This document shows, in pieces, positions 1-12,320 of a DNA stretch of 64,000 nt. A model generated the notes under the pieces. That model was not told where the DNA came from. It was given only the letters and a program-made list of their open reading frames with translations, and made no database searches. How positions within the stretch are numbered: the first letter of the stretch is position 1; each line of letters opens with the position of its first letter. Origin of the DNA: Chiloscyllium plagiosum (lineage: Eukaryota); contig NC_057720.1 in assembly GCF_004010195.1 (NCBI RefSeq), forward strand, positions 13,411,108 through 13,475,107, in the 5' to 3' direction. A program made the position numbers and the translations under genes.

Positions 1-1589
1 ATATCTGCACCCCCACATCTCCCTGGATTCCCCCCTACCTCCATCCTCCTGCCCACAATCACTGTTCCTTGCAGTTCCCACACCAACACTCACCACAAGG
101 TGCCTCATTACAATGAACACTCTCTCTCCATTGTCCTCACAATCCCACTCCACTCATAACCAGCTCCCAACATCTCCATCCCTCCTACAGCCCTTTCCTT
201 AAACACCCCCCTCCAGCCTTATATTCCCTCCCCCATCCCATCACTCTTCTGTTACCTCTCCGATTCCCTGCTCTCCCTATCACCCCTTCTTAAAACCAAA
301 ATAAATTGTGGAAACTGCAAAACAAGTCTGAAAGAACAGATTGTTTTAACACAACATCAAGGAAACGCTTAGTATATTAGTATTGTGTTGTTAAACCTTT
401 TAGAATCCTCACTGCACTGAAATCAAATCTAATGGTATAGTTTTATCTCGTTGTCTGGTCAAACTCAGCCTTTCCTTGTTTGTTTGGTAGCTTCATATCT
501 AATAATATTTGAGTTTGAAGATTCCTGGATTTCTGAATTTGTTTTAAGAATGAATTAATAAGCACTTCTCAGAAGGTCCATGTCTTGCGATAACTCCTGT
601 TTACTACAGAGCTGCAGTCTGCAATTATAGTTGTCAGGCTGCAGCTTCTTTTTGGAAGATTGTTCAGAACTTTCAGCCCTTGGCCAGCCTAGAGGATGAA
701 AAGAGCTTCCCAGTCCAACTCTCCTATTACTGAAAAAACTCATGCTGTGGGTCCAGTTGGTGCCTGGAGCCTTAGTCCATTCTGAACCTTGACTCTTCTC
801 TTGAAGAGTACCTAGAAGATTTCTGAGCAAGTTGCATCAGCAAAGATCCCAGAGACATTGGCTTGTGCTTGCTCCTGCATTCGGGCTTTTGCCTGAAACG
901 TCGATTTTCCTGCTCCTCGGATGCTGCCTGAACTGCTGTGCTTTTCCGGCACCACTCTAATCCAGAATTATGTTTGCTCATGTCCATATCCATGCACCAG
1001 AATGTTAGACAGACAGCTGCCTGATACCTAATGTTACCTTTCCTTTCAAAATTTAAGAGTTAATGGCCAAAGTGTTTTCATGTTGCAAAGTGAACCTTTG
1101 CAGAAGCAAGTCCATTTTCTTCCTCTTGGTCAGTATGTGTGAATGCTTGCTTGTGGCTATGTCTTAGATTTATTTGGCACGAGGGGTAAGCATCCATATT
1201 TTCATATTCCGAACTGAGTTAATCAGATTTAGGTGAATCAGATCTATTAAAGTGAAAGCATACTATTGACCGTAACAAAAACTGGGTAAAGCAATTAATT
1301 ATATTGTGAGAGAGCAAGAGTGGGACCAGAGATAGGCCGTACTTTCCTCCAGCCTCAGTTATAACATCCGGTACTCTCAACAGTGAAAACCCTCACCAAA
1401 CTTTCCTTCCCCCTACCAGCCAACAGGAGTAAAGCCTATGGTTTAGACCTTCCCATCATTATTATTTCTTTCAACCACTTAACAATAGAAAATCATACGG
1501 AGACTCTATTGTGCATTTGCTGCACTCTCTTTCAGGATGTGGTTACAAAGCAGCACTGATGTACATTGAAGAATAGTTTCTCTCCATTC

Positions 1590-1869
1590 AGAGGAAGTGA
1601 TAGCCTACCTATCTTATCAATCCAGAGACCCAAGTAATGTTCTGGGGACCTGGGTTCACATCCCACCATGGTAGAATTTGAATCTAATAAAAATCTAGAA
1701 TTGAAATTCTAATGATAACCGTGAAACCATTGTCAGGAAAAACCCGCCAGGTTTACCAATGCCCTTTAAGGCAGGAACCTGATATCATTACTCTGTCTGG
1801 CCAACATTTGACTCTAGAACCTGTTTGACTAAACTTGTTTCTGGACAATTAGAGTAGACAATAAATGCT
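1590..1869 (+). mobile_element. tRNA-derived SINE, family 2 (head ...ATCCAGAGACCC...GGGTTC..ATCCCACCATGG, tail ...GGCAATAAATGCTGG); continues at ~2264-2300 after a PLE insertion
   Basis: B-box-like GGGTTCACATCCC; body matches copies at ~3150-3500, 43995-44320, 45560-46070 and 54820-55150 (+), and 2670-2900, 25890-26115, 29750-30260 and 41630-41930 (-). Confidence 0.7.
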
Positions 1870-2248
1870 AGGGGAAAGTGAGTACTGCAGATGCTGGAGA
1901 TGACAGCCAAGAATGTGGTGCTGGAAAAGCACAGCCAGTCAGGAAGCATCTGAATACTTTAACTTCCCCTCCCACTCTGCTGAGGACATGCAGGTCCTGG
2001 GCCTCCTCCATCACTACTCCCTTACCATCTGACACCTGGAGAAAGGACGCTTTATCTTCCACCTCGGGACCCTCCAACTCCAGGGCATCAATGTGGATTT
2101 TGCCAGTTTCCTCATTTCCCCTCCCCCACCTTATCCCAGTTTCAACCTTCCAGCTCAGCACCATCCTCATGACCTGTCTGCCCGAAACGTTGATTTTCCT
2201 GCTCCTCGGATGCTGCCTGACCGGCTGTGCTCTTCCAGCACCACACTC
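1870..2248. mobile_element. Penelope-like element (family A) 3' fragment with inverted terminal copy
   Basis: Inverted terminus ~1870-1950 followed by the PLE 3' region in opposite orientation; 15-bp TSD TAGACAATAAATGCT at 1855-1869 and 2249-2263. Confidence 0.8.
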
Positions 2249-3149
2249 TAGACAATAAATGCTCCTGGATAGTGACATCCACATCCCATGAATGAAGCAG
2301 TGCTTTTGACTGTAGCTGACAAACCACCTGGATGAGCTGTGCAAGGAGAGAAGAATGGATGGAAGCTGAGATTTTACAACTTCAATTAACCATGATTGTA
2401 TAAAGAATTCAGGGTTTTGCTTAACGCCTCTTCTGTATGAGAATATCAGTTACATCTGTAGTAAAATGATCAATTTTGACATCAAATCCAAGTGTTCCAG
2501 AAAATTTAAAGTCACCACTCAGACTTCCATGAGGAAATTGGAATCACCACCATCCAACAAGTTTGTAAAGTGGACTAACACTCGTTGGAACATAGAACAG
2601 TATAGTTTAGGCCTTTTGCCCCACGATGTTGTTCCAAGCACTTATCTTAATCTAAGATTGTCTGTTGTGTGTTTTAAATTGATTTGTTCCTGGGATTTGG
2701 CCATCACTGGCTCTGCCAGCATTTATTGTCTATCCTTAGTGAACTGGGTGGGATTTTTGTGAAAATTGACCATGGGTACGTGGTCAATATTAGGCTAGCA
2801 AAGTTTTACAGAGTTTTTATTTAATTCAAATTTCATCACTGGTGGGATTCAAACCATGTCCCTGGGACAAAAGCTTGGGCCTCTGGATTATTAGACCACA
2901 TTCTAATCTCATTCTCACACCCAGCCCAAAACGCAGGCACTTTTGCAGCAAGCATCATTCTTCTTCATAGGGAATGGAGGAAAAATCGGACAACACGATA
3001 GCCAATCAGGAAACAATATGACAACAAACGTTAGAGTCAGCCAATCAAGAACTCAGCTTTTGGCATTATTAATTAAAGGGTGTGCATGTGTCTACCTGTC
3101 TGCACCGTTGCATGCATGCTCATGTAGATATCTCTGCATGTGATAATGC

Positions 3150-3500
3150 AGAGGAGGGTCCGTAATCCAGAGGCATGGGTTAATGTTCTGGAAACGTGGA
3201 TTCGAACCTCACCATTGCAAATGGTGAAATCCAAATTCAATAAAATCTGGAATTTATAAAAGCAAGACTTCATAGTGATCATAGAATCATGCCCGATTGT
3301 GGTTAAAACCCATCTGGTTCACTGATGCCTTTTAGGAAAAGGAAATCTGTCACCCTTACCTGGTCTGGCTGGCTTGTAACTCCAGCATGGTTGATTCTGA
3401 ATTGGTGCTGGAAAGTGACTCAGTTTCAGGGGCAATTAGGGATAGGCAATAAATGCTAGTCTAGCCAGCAGTGCCCACATACCGTAAATGAATAAAAATA
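3150..3500 (+). mobile_element. tRNA-derived SINE, family 2
   Basis: GGATTCGAACCTC B-box-like motif; AAAACCCATCTGGTTCACT body; GGCAATAAATGCT tail shared with other copies. Confidence 0.7.
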
Positions 3501-4539
3501 TGTCTAAACATCTGAGGTACATGCACTGATACACAGGTAATGCCACTGAATGTGTGCATATGAACATGTCAATTAATGTAGTTTACTTGTCTTTGTGTGT
3601 GTGTGACTCTTTGAGTGTGTGACAGCACCTGTGCAAATCACCAGTTTGAAGGAGGCTTGAGTTTGGCCACTCACTGAAGCAGTTGTTTCACCATGAACTG
3701 CAAGAGTTAATATAACAATGCCTTGGAGAAGTGATGGCTTCATTTGTGTAAATGTAATCTGTTTAATCTTATTAATCAGCACTGTCATTCCTGTGTTCCC
3801 AAGGTGACCTGTGGACTAGATTCGGCATTGTTTACTGGATGTTAAGTTTTTTTTTGTTATTCTGAATAGATTTAAGAACAAACAAAAAGGAATCTCTCTA
3901 TACACAGTGCCACATGTCAGTTTGCTTTTAGAAAAGCTGAGGTTAGCCCACATGTATTGGTTGCAAAGTGGCAACTTGAAGCTTATTAATTGGGAAATTA
4001 AATCATTCTCCGGCACACGATGGAAGCACAGCATCCAGCGATGTTCATTTAAAAACTGTACTTTGAAAAACAATTGATACCCAAGAGAAATTTCCCATTG
4101 AGGGAATGTCTGTCATTCTGAATGAAACACATCCTATTAACTGGCATCAGGGATTGTCAGTGTAAGCTATGTATTGGAATGGAGCTCAATGTCTGTAGGA
4201 AACTGTGATTTCTGCAAGAAACATGCAACTCAGCTACTATTAATATGGTTCTGGTATTTGGAGATTGAATCGGACCCCAAAGCCTCTTAACAGGATCTCG
4301 ATCTTCCCATTGTAGTTGGAATAATTGATTTGGTTTGATTTGATCTATTGTAATCACATGTACCTAAGTACAGTGAAAAGTTTTGTTTTGCGAGCAGTAC
4401 AGTCAGATCATAGCACAATAGGGGAATACAGATTATAGCACAATAAGGGCATACAGATTATAGAATGACCAACATGGTCGTTCTAAAAGATAAGAGACTG
4501 AACAAACAATCCAGGTCTTTTTCAATATATAATTTCAGT

Positions 4540-4690
4540 TACATCACACTGCAAACTTTTGCTATAAACTTTGTGTTTAGCAACCTTATTCTCCACAACC
4601 ACATGAAGGAGCAGCGCTCCGAAAGCTAGTGTGCTTCCAATTAAACCAGTTGGACTATAACCTGGTGTTGTGTGATTTTTAACTTTGTAC
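4540..4690 (+). mobile_element. PLE-type terminal repeat, family B (GGAGC-AGC-GCTCC-GAAAGCTAG...GTGTGATTTTTAACT)
   Basis: Same motif at 23685-23778, 24790-24978 (inverted pair) and 59222-59300; hammerhead-like core, here lacking CTG. Confidence 0.65.
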
Positions 4691-4890
4691 NNNNNNNNNN
4701 NNNNNNNNNNNNNNNNNNNNNNNNNNNNNNNNNNNNNNNNNNNNNNNNNNNNNNNNNNNNNNNNNNNNNNNNNNNNNNNNNNNNNNNNNNNNNNNNNNNN
4801 NNNNNNNNNNNNNNNNNNNNNNNNNNNNNNNNNNNNNNNNNNNNNNNNNNNNNNNNNNNNNNNNNNNNNNNNNNNNNNNNNNNNNNNNNN
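4691..4890. other. assembly gap (N run)
   Basis: 200 N. Confidence 1.
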
Positions 4891-4959
4891 ATCCAGAATC
4901 TGGTTTCCAGCATCTGCAGTCATTGTTTTTACCTCGTTGATTTTAACCCTACTGTGAAT

Positions 4960-5360
4960 CCTCTTGCAAGGATGCCTGCCTTGAAGAAGTTATCCTCTTG
5001 CAAGGATGCCTGCCTTGAAGAAGTTATCCTCTTGCAAGGATGCCTGCCTTGAAGAAGTTATCCTCTTGCAAGGATGCCTGCCTTGAAGAAGTTATCCTCT
5101 TGCAAGGATGCCTGCCTTGAAGAAGTTATCCTCTTGCAAGGATGCCTGCCTTGAAGAAGTTATCCTCTTGCAAGGATGCCTGCCTTGAAGAAGTTATCCT
5201 CTTGCAAGGATGCCTGCCTTGAAGAAGTTATCCTCTTGCAAGGATGCCTGCCTTGAAGAAGTTATCCTCTTGCAAGGATGCCTGCCTTGAAGAAGTTATC
5301 CTCTTGCAAGGATGCCTGCCTTGAAGAAGTTATCCTCTTGCAAGGATGCCTGCCTTGAAG
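4960..5360 (+). repeat. Perfect 34-bp tandem array, ~11.8 copies of CCTCTTGCAAGGATGCCTGCCTTGAAGAAGTTAT
   Basis: Direct reading; period 34 (4960, 4994, ...). Confidence 0.95.
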
Positions 5361-5500
5361 GTTTTCCTCCTCTCTCTACAAGAATCTCAGGGAGTCTCTC
5401 TCTCACTGCAACTCCCAGGTCATTTCTCTATGCCACTCTCTCCCCACCCCCACTCTCCTCTAGCTTATCTCTCCACGCTTCAGTCTCTCTGCCTTTATTC

Positions 5501-5528
5501 CTGATGAAGGGCTTTTGCCCGAAACGTC
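5501..5528 (+). ncRNA. Minimal type-I hammerhead ribozyme core in PLE terminus
   Basis: CTGATGA-A-GGGC-TTTT-GCCC-GAAA-CGTC: conserved CUGAUGA and GAAA boxes, 4-bp stem II, palindromic ACGU in place of stem III, GUC cleavage triplet. Confidence 0.75.
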
Positions 5529-6487
5529 GATTTTGCCTGTCCTCGGATGCTGCCTGAATTGCTGTGCTCTTCCAGCACCACTGATCCAGAATCTGGTTTC
5601 CAGCATCTGCAGTCATTGTTTTTACCAGTTTGAAGTAAACCCACCTCAGAGTTGCAGCTCCTGCTGGAAATAATTCACAGGACATGCAACCGAAACAATG
5701 ACAGAATCTTACAGTTGTGTCTCCTTTCTTCCAGCCACCATCCATTGGTCCGAGGAACTGAAATACATGAGCCACTCCTCTTTCACAACCTCTAACCTAC
5801 TGCCAGGTGCTGTGAAATAAAGCAGGAAGGAAGAAACACCTAAACTAAAAGCACAAGTGGTGAATTGCCTTGACATTACAAGGGTGCTTCTGGTACAAAG
5901 ATGGCATGGGAATCTGCGCTCCTCAAACTTTAAGTGAAAGTTGTTTTCTTTGTAATTTTCACATTATATCACCTAGACCTTTTATTTCCAGCCCCATAAT
6001 ATCACCTGATTTCACAGGATTGTTACAGCGCCATTCAGTCAATTGTGTCTGCACTTGTTCTTGGAGCACTTTAACTCAGTGTCAATTTCCTGTCTTTTTT
6101 CCCTTACTCTTGTGTATTGTTTCAACTTAAGTAAGCATCCCTATCCTTCTTGAATGCTTCAGTTGAACCTCTTCCACCATCACATTTCCAAAATCTCGGA
6201 CCATCCGCTGTATGGAAAGTTTATTCTCTCCTCACCTGTGTTTCAGCTCATCTCTTCCTGAAACCCCTCATCCAGGACATTGTTACCTCTAGACCTGACT
6301 AACCTGGCCCCTCCTGGCTGTTATCGCACAATTTATCCTCTGTAAAGCTATGGTCAACCAAAGTGCAGCTGCCCATGTGTTAACTTGCAGGAAGTCCCAT
6401 TCCCCTGACACTCCTGCCCTCGCTGATCTATTATGGTTGCTGATCGAACAAAGTCTTAATTTTAAGATCTTCTTCCTTGCTTTTCTG

Positions 6488-6860
6488 TAAGAAGTTTACA
6501 ACATGGAAACAAGCCCTTCGGCACAACTTGACCATGCTGCCCAGTTTTCACAATTAAACTAGCTCCATTTGCCTGTATTTGGTCCATATCCCTCCATACC
6601 TATCCCATCCATGTACCTGTCCAAATGTTTATTAAATAACAAAATTCTACTTGCTTCTAGCACTACCTCTGGCAGCGCGTTCCAGACACCTACCACCCTC
6701 TGTGTGAAAAAACTGCCCTTTTGCAGCTCTCCCATTTCACCTTAAACCTATGTCCTCTAGTTCTAGAGTCCTTACTAAGGGGAAAATCTGTTGAACATCT
6801 ACCTTATCTATGTCTCTCATGATTTTTTTAGACCTCTATAAGGTCACCCCTCGCTATTCC
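6488..6860 (-). mobile_element. CR1 LINE 3' fragment
   Basis: Reverse matches the RGDLIEVYK...FFTQRVV...WNALP and 3' tail seen in other copies. Confidence 0.8.
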
Positions 6861-6870
6861 ATGCATCAGG

Positions 6871-6965
6871 TAGGTAAAAACAAGGACTGCAGATGCTAGG
6901 AACTAGATTCTAGATTACAGTGGTGCTGGAAAAGCACAGCAGTTCAGGCAGCATCCGAGCAGCAG
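6871..6965 (-). mobile_element. 95-bp PLE family A terminal fragment
   Basis: 11-bp TSD CATGCATCAGG at 6860-6870 and 6966-6976. Confidence 0.75.
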
Positions 6966-7158
6966 CATGCATCAGGCTACCCAAACCTATCCAACCTTAC
7001 CATCCCTCCAAGGCCTTGCCCCTTCGAATCTCTGTAGTATCCTCCAGCCTCAGACCCTTCTCAATAGACAATAGGCAATAGGTGCAGGAGTAGGCCATTC
7101 TGCCCTTCGAGCCAGCACCGCCATTCATTATGATCATGGCTGATCATCCTCAATCAAT

Positions 7159-8015
7159 ATGCGGAAAGTCAGGAGGCATGGGATAGAGGGAAATTTGGCC
7201 AGTTAGATAGAAGACTGGCTAACCGGTCGAAGTCAGAGAGTGGTGGTAGATGGTAAATATTCAGCCTGGAGCCCAGTTACAAGTGGAGTTCGGCAGGGAT
7301 CAGTTCTGGGTCCTCTGCTGTTTGTAATTTTTATTAATGACTTGGAAGAGGGAGTCGAAGGGTGGGTCAGTAAATTTGCAGATGATACGAAGATTGGTGG
7401 AGTTGTGGATAGTGAGGAGGGCTGTTGTCGGCTGCAAAGAGACTGAGATATGATGCAGAGCTGGGCTGAGGAGTGGCAAATGGAGTTCAATCCTGTCAAG
7501 TGTGAGGTTGTCCATTTTGGAAAAACAAATAAGAATGCAGAATACAGGGTTAACTGTAGGGTTCTTAGTNNNNNNNNNNNNNNNNNNNNNNNNNNNNNNN
7601 NNNNNNNNNNNNNNNNNNNNNNNNNNNNNNNNNNNNNNNNNNNNNNNNNNNNNNNNNNNNNNNNNNNNNNNNNNNNNNNNNNNNNNNNNNNNNNNNNNNN
7701 NNNNNNNNNNNNNNNNNNNNNNNNNNNNNNNNNNNNNNNNNNNNNNNNNNNNNNNNNNNNNNNNNNNNNNNNNNNNNNNNNNNNNNNNNNNNNNNNNNNN
7801 NNNNNNNNNNNNNNNNNNNNNNNNNNNNNNNNNNNNNNNNNNNNNNNNNNNNNNNNNNNNNNNNNNNNNNNNNNNNNNNNNNNNNNNNNNNNNNNNNNNN
7901 NNNNNNNNNNNNNNNNNNNNNNNNNNNNNNNNNNNGGTGCTTAAGCTAGGACAAATGTTCGGCACAACATCGTGTTCTGTGCTGTATTGTTTTATGTTCT
8001 ATGTTCTATGTTCTA
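7159..8015 (+). mobile_element. CR1 LINE RT fragment spanning a gap, inserted in another CR1 tail
   Basis: [21 protein letters not shown]...SKFADDTK motifs; (TGTTCTA)n tail at ~7995-8015; flanks TCCTCAATCA|...|ATCAGTATCCTG rejoin a minus-strand CR1 tail. Confidence 0.85.
7570..7935. other. assembly gap (N run)
   Basis: N run. Confidence 1.
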
Positions 8016-8969
8016 TCAGTATCCTGTTCCTGCCTTATCTCAGTTACCTGCATTCCTCTAATTCGGACATTCTGTGCATTTCCACATTTCATTGCTGAGC
8101 TACTGTTACCAGTGCTTTCAGTTACTGAGGTCCCACCCTCTGGAATACCTTCCTTCCAATTCCCTATGATCCTTTCCTGGCTTAATCCATCCCTTAAAAC
8201 CGACCCCTGACCAACTTCAAGTCGCCTGCACTTACACGGCTCAGTATCATCCTCTTTTTTATAATGTCCCCGTGAAGTGCCTCAGCATATTTTAAGGCAG
8301 TATGTAAATAAATGTTGTTGTTGTTTTAAATGATTACACAGCAGCTCTTATCACTTCCCTCTAAGGAATGAGCTCGCCCATCCACACAACAGCTGCACAT
8401 AGCTCTCCCTACCCCAACATTCAACATGAAAGGAAATTGCCTCAAACAACTGCTCACCTTGTGGCAAGAATGACTCATAATGTGACAATTTAATAATGCC
8501 GTTGAAGAATTTGACTGACGGATTTTTGGTGACTCAGGAAACTAAGGGATGTGGGGAGCACAGGCAGGAAAAGGAAGTTGAAACCCAAGGTGAGCCATCA
8601 CCATTAAGAATAGCAGAACAGACTCGATGGGATGAACGGTCTACCCGTGCTCCTGGTTCTTGCATTCTTGTACAAAGAAAAAATATGTCTTGGAACCTCA
8701 GCTTTGGCAATAGAGTGTTATGCTGTAAAAGCACAGAGATTATGCCACTTCTTCATAAATTGCTAATTAATGTCTCTGCTACTGTACTGCACCAATTCTA
8801 GTTACCAACTTCAAGTAAGATTAAGGACATGGAGAAGACATTCACCAGAATGTTCCAGGTTCGTGATGAGTCTATCGATAGTGGAATGAGAGAAATGAAG
8901 GTTAAGAGGTGTTTCAGTCAAGGAGGTCAAAATTATGTAATAAATCGACTGAGGAATTGGGAAGGAACT

Positions 8970-9469
8970 NNNNNNNNNNNNNNNNNNNNNNNNNNNNNNN
9001 NNNNNNNNNNNNNNNNNNNNNNNNNNNNNNNNNNNNNNNNNNNNNNNNNNNNNNNNNNNNNNNNNNNNNNNNNNNNNNNNNNNNNNNNNNNNNNNNNNNN
9101 NNNNNNNNNNNNNNNNNNNNNNNNNNNNNNNNNNNNNNNNNNNNNNNNNNNNNNNNNNNNNNNNNNNNNNNNNNNNNNNNNNNNNNNNNNNNNNNNNNNN
9201 NNNNNNNNNNNNNNNNNNNNNNNNNNNNNNNNNNNNNNNNNNNNNNNNNNNNNNNNNNNNNNNNNNNNNNNNNNNNNNNNNNNNNNNNNNNNNNNNNNNN
9301 NNNNNNNNNNNNNNNNNNNNNNNNNNNNNNNNNNNNNNNNNNNNNNNNNNNNNNNNNNNNNNNNNNNNNNNNNNNNNNNNNNNNNNNNNNNNNNNNNNNN
9401 NNNNNNNNNNNNNNNNNNNNNNNNNNNNNNNNNNNNNNNNNNNNNNNNNNNNNNNNNNNNNNNNNNNNN
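8970..9469. other. assembly gap (N run)
   Basis: 500 N. Confidence 1.
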
Positions 9470-10952
9470 AAATATCTCATAGCAAAAGTATAATATTTCT
9501 AGGGTGTTAGAAATCTACTGGCTCACACTGCTGAGTGCCAAATTAACCCAAGATTATATTAGCAGCTAGACATGAGTTTAGAACATGTGTAACGTAGTAA
9601 GCCTGACAGCAATTTTAAACATATAAGAAACAATGCAAATATAAAGAAAGGTTTTCATAAAATGTAGACATCACTACATGAATACAAATCTGTGCTACCT
9701 CTAATAAATCATTGTTAGGGATTTTAAACACATTACTTGTGTCACCTTTAATACTTCACCAATTAGGGATTTCACAAATGGTGCCGAGCTGAACACTGAC
9801 AAGACGGGATCATTAGTTTTTATCAGTGTTGAGTTAAAAAAAAAACTGAATGAGATTTGACTGTCTGTTTTGTGAATGTTTGCCTGTCCCAATAGCATTC
9901 GTCACTTTGGCTTAAAAAGCAGCACTAATGGTAATATTGTTCATGCTGTATTTTTGTGATGCATTCATGCAAATTGACGGCTTTGCAGCACAAAAACAAA
10001 GCCGCCATTTTATGAGGTTGACCACACATTGAGCGATATTGCGGACAACAATAACTTGCATTTATCCGCACTTTTAAGTTATAAAAGCATTCTGACCACT
10101 TCACGCAAACATTGTCAAACAAAACCTGATACTAATGAAAAGGTATTTTGTGTTAATCATTCATGGAATGTGGCATTGATCCACCAAACTTTCTTTTATC
10201 ACTCCTCCTCAATTGCCATGGAGAAGGTGTTAGTGACCAGCATTCTTAAACCACTGCAGTTCACCTGCTTTAGGGATACCCACATCATTAATAGGAAAGG
10301 AGTGCCAGGACTCTGGCTGAGTGACACTGAGGAAACAGTAAGGACTCAATGGGCCAAAGGGCCTTTTCTGTACTGTGCTATGATTTAATGTTTCCAAATT
10401 AGGATGATATGTGGCATGGTGGGGAACTTCCATGTTCTTGGGTTCCAAGGCATCAGTAGCCCTTATCCTTCTAGATGTAGAGCTCACAGGTTTAGAAGGA
10501 GCCTTAATGGATAATTGCAGTGCATCTTGTAGACAGTACACATTGCTGCCCACTGTGGATGTTGATGCTGTTAGATGGGATGCCAATGAAGAAATGCAAC
10601 ATGGATGCCAATGCTTGGGAGATGCTTGTTCAGATGAAACCAACTTGGAGGAAGCTCCTCCATGATGGGATGTAATTCTTTGCAAATATCCGTCAGCAAG
10701 AGGAAGCACAAAAAAGGAACTGGAGAAAGGAATGCCAACCAGAAACACCTACCAAACGTGTGGGCAGAGATCCTGCTCTAGAATCATTCACACAAGGACC
10801 CGCAAAACCCATGACCAGTGACACAGAATTTCCTAGGTGGACAATCATGCTCGTTAGTGAGTGATTGATAATTGAGAGTAGACTGGTAGATTTGTAATTG
10901 ACTGGATTGAATTTGTGCTGTTTATTTGGGGACAGAATATATTTGCAAAAGT

Positions 10953-11400
10953 GCCGTGGAGGGGGTCGTTAGGGCCGACTGCCTGCCCCTCTTCTGCGGT
11001 TACGTTAGAGCCCGGGTGTCCTTGGAGAAGGAGCACGCGGTGTCCACCAACACCCTGGAGTTGTTCAGGGAGAGGTGGGCGCCGCAGGGAGTGGAGTGCA
11101 TTATTTCTCCCTCCAACTCTATTTTGATTCAGTCTCTACCCTCCCCTTCACTGTTTTTGATCACACAGCACTGCCCTTTGATGTGAAGGGCAGTGTTTGT
11201 CACTGGCCACCCGGGTGTTTTCCTATCTTCCTGGTGGTGGAATTTGAATAAAGATTCGTGCACTTTGTGTCTTTCACTGTGTCTCACACCTGCACACACA
11301 CACCATGGGTGCTGGGGAAAAAATAAGCACTACCGCACTTAGGTGGTAGTGTGGGGGTTAATTTAAAAGAAAAAAAAGAAGAAAAAAATAATACAAAAAT
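10953..11400 (+). mobile_element. 5'-truncated Tx1/L1-clade LINE 3' end
   Basis: ORF2 C-terminus AVEGVVRADCLPLFCGYVRARVSLEKEHAVSTNTLELFRERWAPQG, AATAAA, A-rich tail, 16-bp TSD ATATATTTGCAAAAGT (10937-10952 and 11401-11416). Confidence 0.8.
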
Positions 11401-12020
11401 ATATATTTGCAAAAGTTTCCACATCACCAGGCAGATGCCTGGTTTGTGACTTGTCGAGAGATGTGGCAAGTTCACAAGCCTCCCACCAAAGTCTTTGCAG
11501 TTTCCAATGCTTTCAGCCATTTCGTGATATCAGGTTGAGAGAATTAAATTAGACTGGCTTCTGTGTTGCTGGCTTCTGTCAAGAGGAGGCTGAGCTGATC
11601 ATCAACTCACCCTTTCTGGCTGAAGATGTTTCAGCCATCTGCCAGGGTGAGTGCCATCGCTTTCTCCCTCTCTGTGGCCTCACACTAACTCTGTCTTGGT
11701 TACAGCTCTCAGTTTCTACCAAGACTCATGTTCTACCGCTCTATCAACACCTTCTCTCACTCACTCTAACCCCCCCCAATCCTCCCACCCTACTCAACCT
11801 GCACAGCCCGTACACCTCCTACTTATTCTCTAAGGACACCTCACCACCTGTACTCCACCAGCACCAAAAATAACAGATGTATCATTCACTTTCATCTCAT
11901 TCAATCCCTCCCTTTGTCTCATTCCAGGGAGAAAAAGCCCACATCAGGCAGAAAGAGTGAATACAGCTGGTGTAATGCCTGACATTCAGCTCTTCATCCC
12001 TCTACAAGGAGAGAATCTTG

Positions 12021-12320
12021 TGGTGGCACAGTGACTCAGTGTTTAGCATTGCTGCCTCACAGCGTCAGGGGCCCAGGTTCAATTCCACCCATGGGTGACT
12101 GTGTGGAGTTTGCACATTCTCTACGTGTCTGTGCTGGGTTTCCTCTGGGTGCTCCGGTTTCCTCCCACAGTGCAAAGATGTGCAGGTTAGGTGGATTGAC
12201 CATGGGAAATGCAAAGTTACAGGGCTAGAGTAGAGGGATGGGTCTGCATGGGCTGCTCTTTGAAGGATTGGTGTGGACTTCATGGACTGAATGGCCTGCT
12301 TCCGCATTGTAAGGATTCTA
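12021..12320 (+). mobile_element. V-SINE (HE1-like tRNA-derived SINE)
   Basis: A/B boxes and V-domain TGTGTGGAGTTTGCAC...GGGTGCTCCGGTTTCCTCCCAC. Confidence 0.85.

Larger units (their letters stand above)
4891..5626 (+). mobile_element. Penelope-like family A, tandem terminal repeats with an internal 34-bp array
   Basis: ATCCAGAATCTGGTTTCCAGCATCTGCAGTCATTGTTTTTACC at 4891-4933 and again at ~5584-5626; the intervening sequence matches the reverse of 27750-27900. Confidence 0.8.
6280..8310 (+). mobile_element. Old L2-clade LINE 3' portion, interrupted by nested CR1 and PLE insertions
   Basis: 6365-6485 reads AAHVLTCRKSHSPDTPALADLLWLLIEQSLNFKIFFLAF, like the L2 ORF2 C-terminus (..ITPVLADLHWLP..RIDFKI); resumes at ~6980-7070 and ~8040-8310. 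Confidence 0.6.

Noticed and set aside
4960..5360. CRISPR-like array (34-bp repeats)
   Set aside because: Units are head-to-tail with no spacers, there are no cas genes, and the context is a eukaryotic retroelement.
7300..9493. Long ORFs full of X (also 4522-5052)
   Set aside because: Artefacts of N gaps.
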